From the NCBI GenBank assembly GCA_018817905.1, contig JAHISS010000087.1, positions 985 through 64,984 on the forward strand: a DNA stretch of 64,000 nt, given 5' to 3'. The stretch's first letter is position 1. The number at the start of each line of letters is the position of its first letter. Position numbers and translations under genes: made by a program. Below are positions 34,047 to 44,366 of this stretch, piece by piece. Under the pieces are notes generated by a model that worked only from the letters and a program-made list of their open reading frames with translations, searched no databases and was not told the DNA's origin. Source of the DNA: Nanobdellota archaeon (GTDB lineage Archaea; Nanobdellota; Nanobdellia; Pacearchaeales; GW2011-AR1).

Positions 34047-36173
34047 ATGAGAAAAAAGGTGCTGGCTGGCTTGTTAGTTGTTGCTTTTGTGGCAGTCTTA
34101 TTTTGCGGCCTTGTCACACCAGAAGATGATGACTCTGAAAAAATAAATGCTGCGTTCAATTGTTTGGATGAGAGAGTTGCTGCGACTTCTATCTCTCTTG
34201 AAGAGGCTGTGTTTGCTGCCTTGACAAAAGTTCCTGGAACAAAGGCGGCAGACAAGATAGAACAGGAAAAAAGTTCTTCAGCAGATTGCTGGCCAAAGTC
34301 TGGATGCGGGGTTAAAGAAAGCGCACAAGCTGCCCTGGCAAAATTAAGCATGGGTGAAAGTGTTGAGGAGATTACAGCATGGCTGGTTACAAAAAGCGGA
34401 ATGCCTAAAGAGCTCACTTGGTATCTGCAAATTTCAATAGGCGACAACGGGCCTGCAACATGTGTTGTTAATTACGACGGTTCTGATCATTCTGTAAGCG
34501 TGAACGAAGAAATGAAATTAAGCGGAAGTGCTGGCTCTTGTTTTAACTTGGCAAACTCTGACTATTGGTTGAAGATAAAAACTAACTGCTTAGAAAAAGA
34601 ATTTAACATTCAATGTGATAAAGAATTTAAGACAAATCTTTTGTACGAGAAAAGTTCTGGCGGCACGATTTATGTTTCTTCGCAAACGCATGGGGCAAGT
34701 TCTGGCGCTTGGACGGTTGAAGCAATAACAGCAAGATGTTTCAGGGAAGGGAATGACTGCGATTACGAAGCAAGTTTGTGGGGCGCTGTTGCCCTTTACG
34801 CAAACGGAGAAGATGTTTCTGAATTTGCACCTTACTTGCGGGCGCTTTCCTCGGAAAATGGAAAATATTTCCCAAGCGCTTTTCTTGTCGCTATTTTGGA
34901 AGGTGGGGAAAATCATTATTCTAAAATAATTGAAAACCAGCGAGCCAGACCAGAAGGAGCTTATTGGGAAATGCCCAACACTCCACACAACAAATACTAC
35001 GACACAGCGCTTGGAATGCTTGCCTTGGGCGGCGCTGGCTCTTCGGAGATAACAAACGCAAACACGATTGGTTATTTATTCAAAAAACAAGATGCAAGCG
35101 GCTGCTGGAATAACAACAATATCCGAGATACAGCGTTTTTGATTTATGCTGCGCAATGGTTGCGGGGAACAGGCGGCGGAGTAGAGTGTTATATTAATTC
35201 TGATTGTTCAGAAGGTTACGTTTGCGAGGATGGAAACTGTGTTTCAGAAGCTGTGTTGGAATGCAATAATAACGGCGTGATGAATGATTCTGAACAATGC
35301 GATGGAAACGACTTTGGAACTTTCAGCGATGGCGTTGGTCAATGTGATGAGTATAATTCTGGTTTCACAGGCGGTGATTTAATCTGTGAGGATTGCAAGA
35401 TTAATACAACGCAATGCACTGGAACAGGCCCGCCGCCAGTGGTAAATGGAAGTACTGGCAACGGCACTGATGATGAATCTTATGACCCAAACATGATAAC
35501 AGATTGCGAGTTGGCAAATCTTTTCTGCGCGCCAAGTCGAGCTTCTTGTTTGGAAAATGGCGGGAGTTTTTATCCTCAGGAAACACACGCCTGTGCTGAC
35601 CATTATGAATTTTGCTGCACTGTTGAAACTCCTGAATTGCCGAATTGTTTTAGTTTAGGGGGAAGTGTTTGCGCTTATGAAGAAGAATGCGGCGGCGCGG
35701 TGCAACAGGCCTCTGACGGAGCATGTTGTTTAGATATTTGTGAACTAACTGGAACAACTGGATGCTCTTTGGATAGTGATTGTCTTTCTGGAGAAACATG
35801 CCAAAGTGGTGCATGTGTTTATTCCGGTAGCAGTTCGAATGGGGGCGGTGGAGATGACGATGAAGGTGGAAGCAGTTTATGGATTTGGATTGTTATTCTT
35901 TTGATTTTAATCGGGCTTGTTGTTTTAGGAATAATTTACAGAGATAAAATCAGAGTTTGGTGGTTTAAGTTCAGAGGAAAAGCAAAAACTTCTAAAGTTC
36001 CTCCGGGAAGACCGCCAGGAATGAACTCTTTGATAAGAAGACCAACTCCGAGATTTATGCCTCAGGGGATGAGGACAATGCCTGAGCCTCAGAGAGCTCC
36101 GCCAAAACAAATGTCAAAAAAAGATAAGGAAATGGAAGAGACCTTTAAAAAATTGAAGGAGATTGGGGAATAG
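34047..36173 (+). CDS. large Cys-rich surface protein (signal peptide, possible alpha/alpha-toroid repeats, EGF-like Cys modules, C-terminal TM and basic tail)
   Basis: N-terminal hydrophobic leader, many Cys, TM IWIVILLILIGLVVLGIIY near the C-terminus. Confidence 0.55.
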   Translation: MRKKVLAGLLVVAFVAVLFCGLVTPEDDDSEKINAAFNCLDERVAATSISLEEAVFAALTKVPGTKAADKIEQEKSSSADCWPKSGCGVKESAQAALAKLSMGESVEEITAWLVTKSGMPKELTWYLQISIGDNGPATCVVNYDGSDHSVSVNEEMKLSGSAGSCFNLANSDYWLKIKTNCLEKEFNIQCDKEFKTNLLYEKSSGGTIYVSSQTHGASSGAWTVEAITARCFREGNDCDYEASLWGAVALYANGEDVSEFAPYLRALSSENGKYFPSAFLVAILEGGENHYSKIIENQRARPEGAYWEMPNTPHNKYYDTALGMLALGGAGSSEITNANTIGYLFKKQDASGCWNNNNIRDTAFLIYAAQWLRGTGGGVECYINSDCSEGYVCEDGNCVSEAVLECNNNGVMNDSEQCDGNDFGTFSDGVGQCDEYNSGFTGGDLICEDCKINTTQCTGTGPPPVVNGSTGNGTDDESYDPNMITDCELANLFCAPSRASCLENGGSFYPQETHACADHYEFCCTVETPELPNCFSLGGSVCAYEEECGGAVQQASDGACCLDICELTGTTGCSLDSDCLSGETCQSGACVYSGSSSNGGGGDDDEGGSSLWIWIVILLILIGLVVLGIIYRDKIRVWWFKFRGKAKTSKVPPGRPPGMNSLIRRPTPRFMPQGMRTMPEPQRAPPKQMSKKDKEMEETFKKLKEIGE

Positions 36174-36250
36174 TTAACTGCGCGTCATTGAGAAACAGAT
36201 CTCACCAACCAAAAAAATCATTATCAATAACACACATCATCCCATCTGAT

Positions 36251-36285
36251 TCTGGTTGATATAATAATCTTTGGGGTGGGTGGCG
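36251..36285. repeat. Copy 3 of the dispersed upstream motif (~60 bp upstream of surface-protein gene 36346)
   Basis: TCTGGTTGATATAATAATCTTTGGGGTGGGTGGCG. Confidence 0.5.
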
Positions 36286-36345
36286 ATGGAAACAACAGGA
36301 ATAGGTTTCAGCAGAATTTATATAACTGAATTATTTAATTAGATT

Positions 36346-38076
36346 ATGAAAAAAGTTGTGATTTTATTTGCATTGGTTATTTTGCTTCCAATTGTTGCAG
36401 GGGTTTCTTCTGATTTGGCGGATGTTTATCTTCCTAAGGAAACAATGATTGGCGAGATTTCTGGAGGGATTTTAGCTTCGATTTCTCCTGAGCAAGTTAA
36501 AGTTGTTAGAGACGAACACATTGAGGTTGCAGTTGAGTATGGTGTTAAAAAATTAGGAAGCAAACATTACATCTGGCTGATTTCCCCAGAAAATCCAGGA
36601 AATTACACATTGAAAATAAAAGAGATTATCGCGCTTGTTGATGGAGTTCCAGAAGTTGTTGATTACTCCAAAGATTTCCGAGTTGAGGGCTTGGCTGATT
36701 ATTCGATTAAGCCGGGCTTTGTACTTGCAGTAGATGATTTTGAAATTGTTGCTACTTTGTATGAATCAGTTGGAAAGTCAATAACTGTTGATTTTCCAGA
36801 AAGCCGGGAAATCAGTTTGCTCCCTGGAATAAATTACATTGACTTTTCAATTGCAGAGATTGTTGGCGTTCAGGAAGTTAAAATTGGCGTTGGGAAATAT
36901 TCTGTTCCGGGATATGTTGTTGGGCAAGAATATATTTGCGGAGACGGACAGATTGACGGAAGGGAAGTTTGCGACGGAGAGAATCTGAATGGAAAAGATT
37001 GTGCGGGAGTTGGAGATTTTTCAGGAGAAGATTTAGCTTGTTCAAGCGATTGTTTAAGTTTTGATGATAGTGGTTGTGTTTTGTCAGAACCAGAACCTGA
37101 ATGTGATTTAGAAAACTTGGATTTGTGTTTAACAGAAAACGACTGTGTTGGCGTTGGAGGTTATTGGTATAATGAAAGCTGCAATGTTTACGAGCAAGGA
37201 GCTGTATGCGACTCTGAGCATGTCGGTCTTTGCGAAACTTTAGAAACTTGTTCAGAAGCTGAAGGCTATTGGTATAACGAGAGCTGCAATGAAGACTCTT
37301 GCGGAAACTTGGAAATAGACGCTGGGGAAGTCTGCGATGGAACCAACTTAAGCGGAGAAACCTGCTTTTCCAAAGGTTATGCCAAAGGAAATTTATCTTG
37401 CTCAAGCGATTGTTTAAGTTTTGACTTTGGGGGTTGTGTTGTTGGAACTGTAACGCCGTTGAATTTTGCAATCAACCCAAGCGTAATCAGAGACACAATT
37501 TTGTCTTCGGGACAAATTCCAGTTTATTCTTTTAAAATTATTAACTCTTGGGAAAATTCAATTAAGGATTTGCGCCTTGATTATGACCGAAGTAAATTTA
37601 CAGTTGAACCTGATGAGATTTTTTCTATTGGTGTGAATGAAAGCGCTTATTTTAATTTGACATTTAAACAAATGCCAAGAGGTGCTGCGAAAGGAGTTGT
37701 TGTTGCTTATTCTGGAGATGTTTATGAATATTTATTGTTTATGTTTAACCTGACAGATGATGAGGCGCAAGTTAGAAGAGAATATTATCAAAATAATTCT
37801 GTCAGCACTCCATCGTACTACTGCACTGAAATTCCTGACGGGAAGTTCTGCGGTTCTGATGAGAGTTGTTCTGTTGTGGAAGTTGCTGCTCTTGACGGAA
37901 TGTGCTGCGCAGGACAATGTGAAGAAGAATCTTCTGGCGGCGGAAGGGCGTGGATTGGTTACTTGGTTGCTGGAATTGTCATCCTTGTTTTGCTGATTAT
38001 TTATGTAAAATACAAAAAGACAAAGCCTGCGAAAGATCCCATGGGGGTGAGAGTTTCCCAGATTGAGAAGGGTTAG
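36346..38076 (+). CDS. surface protein with two Cys-rich repeats (Myxococcus-type CGDGQIDxGEVCDG) and a C-terminal TM anchor
   Basis: Repeats at ~aa 198-245 and ~315-365; TM GYLVAGIVILVLLIIYV. Confidence 0.6.
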   Translation: MKKVVILFALVILLPIVAGVSSDLADVYLPKETMIGEISGGILASISPEQVKVVRDEHIEVAVEYGVKKLGSKHYIWLISPENPGNYTLKIKEIIALVDGVPEVVDYSKDFRVEGLADYSIKPGFVLAVDDFEIVATLYESVGKSITVDFPESREISLLPGINYIDFSIAEIVGVQEVKIGVGKYSVPGYVVGQEYICGDGQIDGREVCDGENLNGKDCAGVGDFSGEDLACSSDCLSFDDSGCVLSEPEPECDLENLDLCLTENDCVGVGGYWYNESCNVYEQGAVCDSEHVGLCETLETCSEAEGYWYNESCNEDSCGNLEIDAGEVCDGTNLSGETCFSKGYAKGNLSCSSDCLSFDFGGCVVGTVTPLNFAINPSVIRDTILSSGQIPVYSFKIINSWENSIKDLRLDYDRSKFTVEPDEIFSIGVNESAYFNLTFKQMPRGAAKGVVVAYSGDVYEYLLFMFNLTDDEAQVRREYYQNNSVSTPSYYCTEIPDGKFCGSDESCSVVEVAALDGMCCAGQCEEESSGGGRAWIGYLVAGIVILVLLIIYVKYKKTKPAKDPMGVRVSQIEKG

Positions 38077-38223
38077 GGTGATTTTTTCTTCAAGTTACCC
38101 AAACCCACCACAAATCCAACTAATTCGATAGTATCCAAAACTCAATTAATGTGACATCCGATTGGTTTTGTTATTAATTTGGCGGATTGCTGCTATAGTT
38201 AAAACTATTTTTTTAAAGATTTT

Positions 38224-38730
38224 CTACTTTGACTTCTTTTTTGTTTTTTTAGATTTTTTAACTGGTTTGCTTTTTTCTGCTGGCTGTTGGACAGTAGCGT
38301 CTTTTTGCTTGAATAAGTGCGGCGCAACTTCTTGTAGTTTTTTTACAAGAACATCGCGGTCTGCCAGTGCTTTTTTTACAACTGCGTCGTAATTATGCAG
38401 CCTTTGTGTCAAGGCGTTTGCAACTTCGTTCAAATCAGCGTTTGTAATTGTTAGTTTTTCTGGATAAGTTATTTCTATGTGGGATGGCATATAAGCCAAC
38501 AAAATCCCGAAATAATTCGACAAAGATTCTAACTCTACATCGATTTCTGCAAATGTTGTGAAGAAATCTTTTGAACCTTCTACCTCTTTAGGTTCATGAC
38601 AGGTTTTGTTTATGATTTTCACGCCTTTTTCAGAGCCCATTTTTTCTACGAGGAGGTTTAGGGATTCTTTTAGATGATCTGGCGGTCTGCCCAGGATTTC
38701 CACAATCAATGATGCGTTTAATTTGTCCAT
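38224..38730 (-). CDS. hypothetical protein with a Lys-rich C-terminal tail
   Basis: Clean ORF; KSKPVKKSKKTKKKSK tail. Confidence 0.4.
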   Translation of the reverse strand: MDKLNASLIVEILGRPPDHLKESLNLLVEKMGSEKGVKIINKTCHEPKEVEGSKDFFTTFAEIDVELESLSNYFGILLAYMPSHIEITYPEKLTITNADLNEVANALTQRLHNYDAVVKKALADRDVLVKKLQEVAPHLFKQKDATVQQPAEKSKPVKKSKKTKKKSK

Positions 38731-38830
38731 TGCTGGCTAAAGTTTAGGGAGTTTTTAAAAGTTAGGTTTGGAAAAATGATTGGATTGCCCGCATCGATAA
38801 ATTTATTAACCAAGAATAAATCAATCAGAC

Positions 38831-39040
38831 ATGGGACAAAAACAAATAACTCTTGAAGAAATCTATGCGGCTATCCAAAACTTACAGCGAGAGGTTCATG
38901 TTATCAGGGAAAATGTTGAGGAAACGGAAATGACTGACTGGGCAGAACAAGAACTTGAAGAAGCAAGAAATGAACCAGGAGAAAAATACATCTCGCTTGA
39001 AGATTTAGAAAACGAGATAAAAAATGACGTGGAAGATTGA
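38831..39040 (+). CDS. putative antitoxin (acidic, 69 aa) of a RelE/ParE-type TA pair
   Basis: Acidic small protein overlapping the downstream toxin gene by 17 nt. Confidence 0.5.
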   Translation: MGQKQITLEEIYAAIQNLQREVHVIRENVEETEMTDWAEQELEEARNEPGEKYISLEDLENEIKNDVED

Positions 39041-39278
39041 ATTCAGTTCCAAAGCAGAAAGATTTCTAAAAAAATTACCAAAGGATATTTCCTTAAGAAT
39101 CCTAAACAAGTTTAAATTATTGCAACAAAATCCGTTTAGATTTTTAGAGCATTACGAAGGTGCAAATTGTTTTAAGTTTAGAATCGGAGATTACAGAGCT
39201 TTGGTAGATATTGATTTTGACAGAAAAATCTTGTTGGTAAGAGTTTTTGATAAGCGAGGAAGAATTTACAAGAGATGA
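39024..39278 (+). CDS. relE: RelE/ParE-family toxin (mRNA interferase-like)
   Basis: KAERFLKKLPKDISLRILNKFKLLQQNPF ... GDYRALVDIDFDRKILLVRVFDKRGRIYK. Confidence 0.6.
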   Translation: MTWKIEFSSKAERFLKKLPKDISLRILNKFKLLQQNPFRFLEHYEGANCFKFRIGDYRALVDIDFDRKILLVRVFDKRGRIYKR

Positions 39279-39293
39279 TTTCACAAATCAATT

Positions 39294-40307
39294 TTACTGT
39301 AAAGAATTCTTGGTGTCTAAAATCCTTGTCACAGAATCATCGATTCTTTCTTCTGGGATTTCTCCGCTGAGAACTGCTTTTTCTATTGCATTGATTCCTT
39401 GCTTAACTCTTTGGTGGTTTGAAAGAACATACGTCGTGTCTAGGATTATGTCATTTCCTGCTTTGACCAAATCAGGATATAATTTTTCTGGTTTGAATAA
39501 ATAAGACCACTTTAAGCCCCACATTCCGATTGCATCTGTGATTATCAGTCCGTTGAAATTTTTCCTTAAATTAGAAATAACTTCTTCAGAAACAGTGCTT
39601 TGTTTTCCGTTGGAGTTGAGTTCTCCAGAAACAATTGCATGACCGACCATTACAGATGAAACATTATTTTTAATTGCGTAATCGAATAACTCTAAATCCT
39701 CTCTTGAGATTTCTGCCTTGACTTTGAACCAGTGCGGGTCTTTGAGCATGCTTCCTCCGGGGTAGTGTTTTGCAGTCGCTAAAATTTTCTGTTCTTGCAA
39801 ACCTTTAATGTAAAATGCTATTTTCTCTTTAATTTCCTCATGCGTTCCTGAAAAACTTCTTCCAGGCCAAACAGTATTTTTTTCTTCTGCAACTGGGGAA
39901 AAGTCAAAATTAAAACCAACTTGTTTTAGAATTTTCCCGTGTTCTTTTCCTAATTCATAAGCTTCTTCTTTATTCTTTATTTCTTTGAAATTTTTGCTTT
40001 GATAAAATGGAAAAGGATTCCAATATCCTTCCATGTCTGTCGCAACGAGCAGTTTTATTTTTGAATTTTTTTGATAGGAATTGACGAGGTTTTTGTAAGT
40101 TTGCTCTGAGCTTTGTTTGTCGAGAAAAATCCCTCCAATTCCCAAGTCCAAAAAACGAGCATCGTATTTTGCCCCTCTAACCATGACCATTTGCGCGATT
40201 TTTTCTTTCAAGGTTAAATCTGAAATGTTTATGCTTTCCATTTCTTGAGCTATGGCAAGGTTCATCATAAAAACAAAGATTGTCAAGATAAAAATGTATT
40301 GTTTCAT
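39294..40307 (-). CDS. glycoside hydrolase family 3 (NagZ-like beta-N-acetylhexosaminidase), secreted
   Basis: Signal peptide; KEKIAQMVMV; GH3 N-terminal domain features. Confidence 0.65.
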   Translation of the reverse strand: MKQYIFILTIFVFMMNLAIAQEMESINISDLTLKEKIAQMVMVRGAKYDARFLDLGIGGIFLDKQSSEQTYKNLVNSYQKNSKIKLLVATDMEGYWNPFPFYQSKNFKEIKNKEEAYELGKEHGKILKQVGFNFDFSPVAEEKNTVWPGRSFSGTHEEIKEKIAFYIKGLQEQKILATAKHYPGGSMLKDPHWFKVKAEISREDLELFDYAIKNNVSSVMVGHAIVSGELNSNGKQSTVSEEVISNLRKNFNGLIITDAIGMWGLKWSYLFKPEKLYPDLVKAGNDIILDTTYVLSNHQRVKQGINAIEKAVLSGEIPEERIDDSVTRILDTKNSLQ

Positions 40308-41089
40308 AACTTCCTCAAAGCCAAAAGAATTATCAAAACTACGCAGAAGGAGGTGAAGGCGTAGATGATCCAGGTGCGGTTTTTTCCTTGTTTTGTTTTT
40401 AGAACTTGGGGTTCATCTTGATCTTGGGACTGCTTTGAGTTGAGGAGGATTTTTTCATTTTCATTTGAATTGGTTGACAAAGGTTTAATTTCTTCGCTCG
40501 CATCAGAAAGGTCGATTTCAATTTCTTCTTCGTGGACAGTTTCTTTTTCTTCCTGTATTTCTTCTTCAACTGGAGTTTGTTCTTCTTGAGTTTGTTCTTC
40601 GCCGGTGATTTTAATTTCCTGACAGATTTGTTCAAATCCTGAATCGCGTACTGAAGATTTTCTCAACCTCAGACAAATCTGCTGATTTCCAGGGGATTCT
40701 GTAACTTTTATTTTATATTCTGTTTTCTCAGGAAAAACTTCTTGCAAATAATACCATGGATTGCTCCAAGACTCCTTGTCTTCGCTGTAAATCTCAGAGA
40801 TGTAATCTGATGAAGGGATTTTATCGCTTTCTGATTTGTGGACAAAAATCTTTACATCGAAGTTTTCATCTGAATCTGCAGAAATCAAGACAGAAAACTC
40901 TTCATTGATTTCTACTTGACCTGGGGAATTTAACGACAGTTCGAGGGCTGAAGCATTGTGACTCAGGAAAAAACTAATAACCATAGCAATCATAATGAAC
41001 AAGAGCTTGCTCCTTGTCGAAAATGTATGCTGTGTCGCGGTCGTTGTTCCAAATGTTTTGCTTGCTTTGCCAAAATAAATCTGTTTCAT
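40304..41089 (-). CDS. secreted acidic protein with C-terminal TM anchor (start uncertain; overlaps next gene)
   Basis: Acidic EE-rich region; C-terminal TM WIIYAFTSFCVVLIILLAL. Confidence 0.35.
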   Translation of the reverse strand: MKQIYFGKASKTFGTTTATQHTFSTRSKLLFIMIAMVISFFLSHNASALELSLNSPGQVEINEEFSVLISADSDENFDVKIFVHKSESDKIPSSDYISEIYSEDKESWSNPWYYLQEVFPEKTEYKIKVTESPGNQQICLRLRKSSVRDSGFEQICQEIKITGEEQTQEEQTPVEEEIQEEKETVHEEEIEIDLSDASEEIKPLSTNSNENEKILLNSKQSQDQDEPQVLKTKQGKNRTWIIYAFTSFCVVLIILLALRKL

Positions 41090-41714
41090 TGTCTTTTCCT
41101 TCTCCTGTGTGGAGGATTACCTCACTTAAATCAATATCTGGAAACTTATATTTTTTTCTGCTCTCGTCTGTTATGGTCCAATCCTTGATATTTACTTCAC
41201 CGCAGAGACTTTTTATCTCTACTGTTTCTTTTTCTGCTTGGATTTTTGTTTGAAGACAATTAAAGTGTTGGGACTTTTTCCAAATTCCTTTTTGGTTTTC
41301 GATAGCGTTGGCTTCTGTTTGTGAAAAAAGTTTTAACTCGTCGTCTTCTACAAGAAATTTTTTTGCAAGTCCCTGCTCCACGAGTTTTAGGTTTAGATAT
41401 TCTGGAGCAAAAACTCTGGCAAGTGTTCTCCCGTATTTGTCTGGGGCGAGTTCTTGTATTTCTACTGTTTTATTTTCAAAAAGCGCGAGGAATTTTTTCG
41501 CTTCTTCGTAACCAGGTTCTGACTTTTCAGGGGCATTTATGTTGAGCAAACGAAAGCTTGTTCCTGTGCTGTCTTTGAAAGTGTCGCCGTCTATAACTCT
41601 GGATATTGTAATTGTTCTATAGGCCGAGCTTTCTAAAAAAGAAAAGAGAAAAAAGTTAGCTGCAAGCAAAAGTGTCAAGACAAGTGCTATTGTGAAAGCT
41701 TGTTTTGATTTCAT
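40974..41714 (-). CDS. staphylococcal-nuclease (SNase/thermonuclease)-like secreted nuclease with an extra C-terminal domain
   Basis: Signal/TM leader; ISRVIDGDTF...RLLNINAPE...DKYGRTLARV are SNase motifs. Confidence 0.7.
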   Translation of the reverse strand: MKSKQAFTIALVLTLLLAANFFLFSFLESSAYRTITISRVIDGDTFKDSTGTSFRLLNINAPEKSEPGYEEAKKFLALFENKTVEIQELAPDKYGRTLARVFAPEYLNLKLVEQGLAKKFLVEDDELKLFSQTEANAIENQKGIWKKSQHFNCLQTKIQAEKETVEIKSLCGEVNIKDWTITDESRKKYKFPDIDLSEVILHTGEGKDNETDLFWQSKQNIWNNDRDTAYIFDKEQALVHYDCYGY

Positions 41715-42190
41715 AATTCCATAATCTGTTTTTTTGTTTTAAGAGAGTTGTAAAATCTTTCTAAATCTTCGTGCGTGATTTCCAAAGTCGCAGTATTAAT
41801 GTTTGGATGGAAACCAACAACCGGAGCTTCCCAAACTTGTTTGTCAAGAACTAAATAAACCTCTGTTGCGTGAATCATTCCAAAGATTGAAACAGAGCCA
41901 GGAGTTAGATTTAGTTTTTCCTTTAGCTGTTCTGCCGAAGCAAATGACAATTTCTTTTTAGCGTGGAGTTTTTTCGCAAGCGATTTCAAGTCAAGGCGTT
42001 TGTGCGCAAACATTGAAACAAGAAAGAATTTTTTATTTTCATCCTTAAGGAAAAGGTTTTTTGTGTGGAGAATGTTCGGAAGTTGCTCCTTTAGTTTCAT
42101 TGATTCTTCAACTGTGAAAACCGCTGGATGTTTGTGTTCGGTGTAAGCGATGCTGCACTTTTCTAAATATGTTTTTAGCGTTTGTTCCAC
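41711..42190 (-). CDS. YbaK/ProX-family aminoacyl-tRNA deacylase
   Basis: GSVSIFG and HPNINTATL motifs. Confidence 0.6.
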   Translation of the reverse strand: MEQTLKTYLEKCSIAYTEHKHPAVFTVEESMKLKEQLPNILHTKNLFLKDENKKFFLVSMFAHKRLDLKSLAKKLHAKKKLSFASAEQLKEKLNLTPGSVSIFGMIHATEVYLVLDKQVWEAPVVGFHPNINTATLEITHEDLERFYNSLKTKKQIMEL

Positions 42191-42240
42191 CCATGTATTG
42201 ATGACGAATATTTTATATAATCTGTGTTTTTTAAGAATGT

Positions 42241-43176
42241 ATGACTTATGATTTTATCATCGTTGGAGCAGGAGTTGCTGGCTTGGCTGGAGCAATGTAT
42301 GCGGCGCGGCTTGGGATGAAGACGCTTGTTCTTGGAACATCGCACGGAAGCGAGATGCCTGTCGGCGGAGTTATCACAACTACAAATCTTGTTGAAAATT
42401 ATCCTGGATTTGTAAAATTAACTGGAACTGAATTAGCTGAAAAAATCAGAAAACATACAGAGAGTTACAAACTGGTTGAAATTAAAGAAGAAAAAGTTGA
42501 AGGTGTGAAAAAAACTGGGAAGAATTTCGAAGTTAAAACCGGCGGGGGAAATTATTTGGCAAAGGCAATTTTGTTTGCAACAGGAACAGAATGGAAAAGG
42601 CTTGAAGTTCCCGGCGGCAGGGAATTTGAAAACCGGGGCGTGGCTTACTGCACTTTGTGCGATGCGCCGCTTTACAAAAACAAAACTGTCGCAGTTGTCG
42701 GAGGAAGCGATGTGGCTGCAAAAGACGCATTGGTTTTAGCAGAACATGCGAAAAAAGTTTACATCATTTACCGAAGAGAAAAAATCCGGGCTGAGCCGAT
42801 TAATTTGGAAAGAATTGAAAAGAATAAAAAAATCGAAGTGATAAACAACACAAATGTCTTGGAAGTCAAAGGGGAGAACGTTGTCAAGTCAGTTGTTTTA
42901 GACAAGAATTATAGTGGTGGAAAAGGGCTTTTGGTTGACGGAGTTTTTGTCGCAATTGGACACCGGATTTTATCTGATTTGGCCAATGAGCTTGGAGTGA
43001 AATTGAACAAAAAGAGAGAGATTGTGATTGACCATAAAACTTGTGAAACAAACCTTGCTGGAGTTTTTGCGGCAGGTGATGTTGCAGACAAACCGTTCAA
43101 ACAGGCAATCACAGGAGTTGCAGAAGGCTGCACTGCTGCGTATTCTGCTTACGAGTATTTGAAGACAATTGAATAA
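42241..43176 (+). CDS. trxB: thioredoxin-disulfide reductase
   Basis: FIIVGAGVAGLAGAMYAAR (FAD site), CTLCDA redox pair, GGSDVAAKDA (NADPH site). Confidence 0.85.
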   Translation: MTYDFIIVGAGVAGLAGAMYAARLGMKTLVLGTSHGSEMPVGGVITTTNLVENYPGFVKLTGTELAEKIRKHTESYKLVEIKEEKVEGVKKTGKNFEVKTGGGNYLAKAILFATGTEWKRLEVPGGREFENRGVAYCTLCDAPLYKNKTVAVVGGSDVAAKDALVLAEHAKKVYIIYRREKIRAEPINLERIEKNKKIEVINNTNVLEVKGENVVKSVVLDKNYSGGKGLLVDGVFVAIGHRILSDLANELGVKLNKKREIVIDHKTCETNLAGVFAAGDVADKPFKQAITGVAEGCTAAYSAYEYLKTIE

Positions 43177-43203
43177 ATTTTTAAAGAAGAAAGATTATTT
43201 AAT

Positions 43204-43659
43204 TTGATGATTGTTGAGAAAAAAAGAGGGCTGTCTCCAGTTATAGCAACTGTTTTACTTGTTTCGATTGCTTTAGTTTTGGCAGTTATCATTTTTTTAT
43301 GGGCGAGAAGTTTTATTGCTGAAACTGTTTTGAAGGGTGGAGAGCGAGTTGAATTGATGTGCGAAGATGTTGGGTTTTTGGCGGAAGCATACGGTGAGCA
43401 GTTGCTCATAGAAAATATTGCGACTGTTCCGATTTATGGTGTTGAAATCAGGGTTCTTGGAAGCGGCGAAATAAGAGAAGTTGCACCGACAACGGGCGGG
43501 ACAATCGAGGCAGGGCAAACAATGAGCTTTGATCTTCCGGTTGGTATTTCTTCTGGAGAAACAATTATTGCTGTTCCGATTCTGCTCGGCGAAACAGATG
43601 AAGAACAGGTCCCATATATTTGCGACATTGATTATGGCGTGGAAGCTGTAGTGGGATGA
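43204..43659 (+). CDS. archaeal type IV pilin-like protein (class III signal peptide)
   Basis: KKRGLSPVIATVLLVSIALVLAVII. Confidence 0.65.
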   Translation: MMIVEKKRGLSPVIATVLLVSIALVLAVIIFLWARSFIAETVLKGGERVELMCEDVGFLAEAYGEQLLIENIATVPIYGVEIRVLGSGEIREVAPTTGGTIEAGQTMSFDLPVGISSGETIIAVPILLGETDEEQVPYICDIDYGVEAVVG

Positions 43660-43663
43660 TGAA

Positions 43664-44212
43664 ATGAAAAAAAAAGGTCTGTCAACTATTGTTGCTACGA
43701 TTGCAGTTGTTTTGCTGACTTTGGCTGCTGCGGCGTTTATCGCTGGATTTATTGTTCCGCTTGTGAGAAACCAGCTGAATGAAGGAACAGAATGTCTTGG
43801 CTATGAAGATTATTTTACGTTTTATGAAGAGTTTGAGTATAATTGTTACAGACAGGGTGGATCGACCTGGCTTTACGGGATTTCTGTTCAAGCAGATTCG
43901 GTGAGAGAAGAAACTGCAGATGAAGTAGCAGGATTTAAACTTCAGTTTTTGAAAACAGGAGAATCAAAAAGTGTTGAGGTTGAAGATGAAATGCCGAAGA
44001 CAGATGAAATCAGAATGTTAAATTCTTCTGTGGCGAAGTTAGAAATTCCTAAGAGTGGGGAAGTAAGAACCTATGTTTATACCGGGAATGGACTTTTCGG
44101 AACAGTTAAAATAGCTCCCGTGTTAAAGTCAGGAAGAACTTGTGAAATAACTGATTCAATAGATATTGGAGGAATAGAATGCGCTCCAGGAGTAGATTTG
44201 GCGCTCACTTAA
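43664..44212 (+). CDS. archaeal type IV pilin-like protein (class III signal peptide)
   Basis: KKKGLSTIVATIAVVLLTLAAAAFIAG. Confidence 0.65.
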   Translation: MKKKGLSTIVATIAVVLLTLAAAAFIAGFIVPLVRNQLNEGTECLGYEDYFTFYEEFEYNCYRQGGSTWLYGISVQADSVREETADEVAGFKLQFLKTGESKSVEVEDEMPKTDEIRMLNSSVAKLEIPKSGEVRTYVYTGNGLFGTVKIAPVLKSGRTCEITDSIDIGGIECAPGVDLALT

Positions 44213-44366
44213 AATGAGCTACTAAAGGGGATGCACCAAAAAATAAAATGCCACCAAAAACAAACAAGCAAAAAAGAGATTTAATATTTAATCTTAGATT
44301 TATCAATCACAAAGTGAAGCTCCCAACCGTAAAATCAAAAAACAATCGTTATCAACAACGCACATT

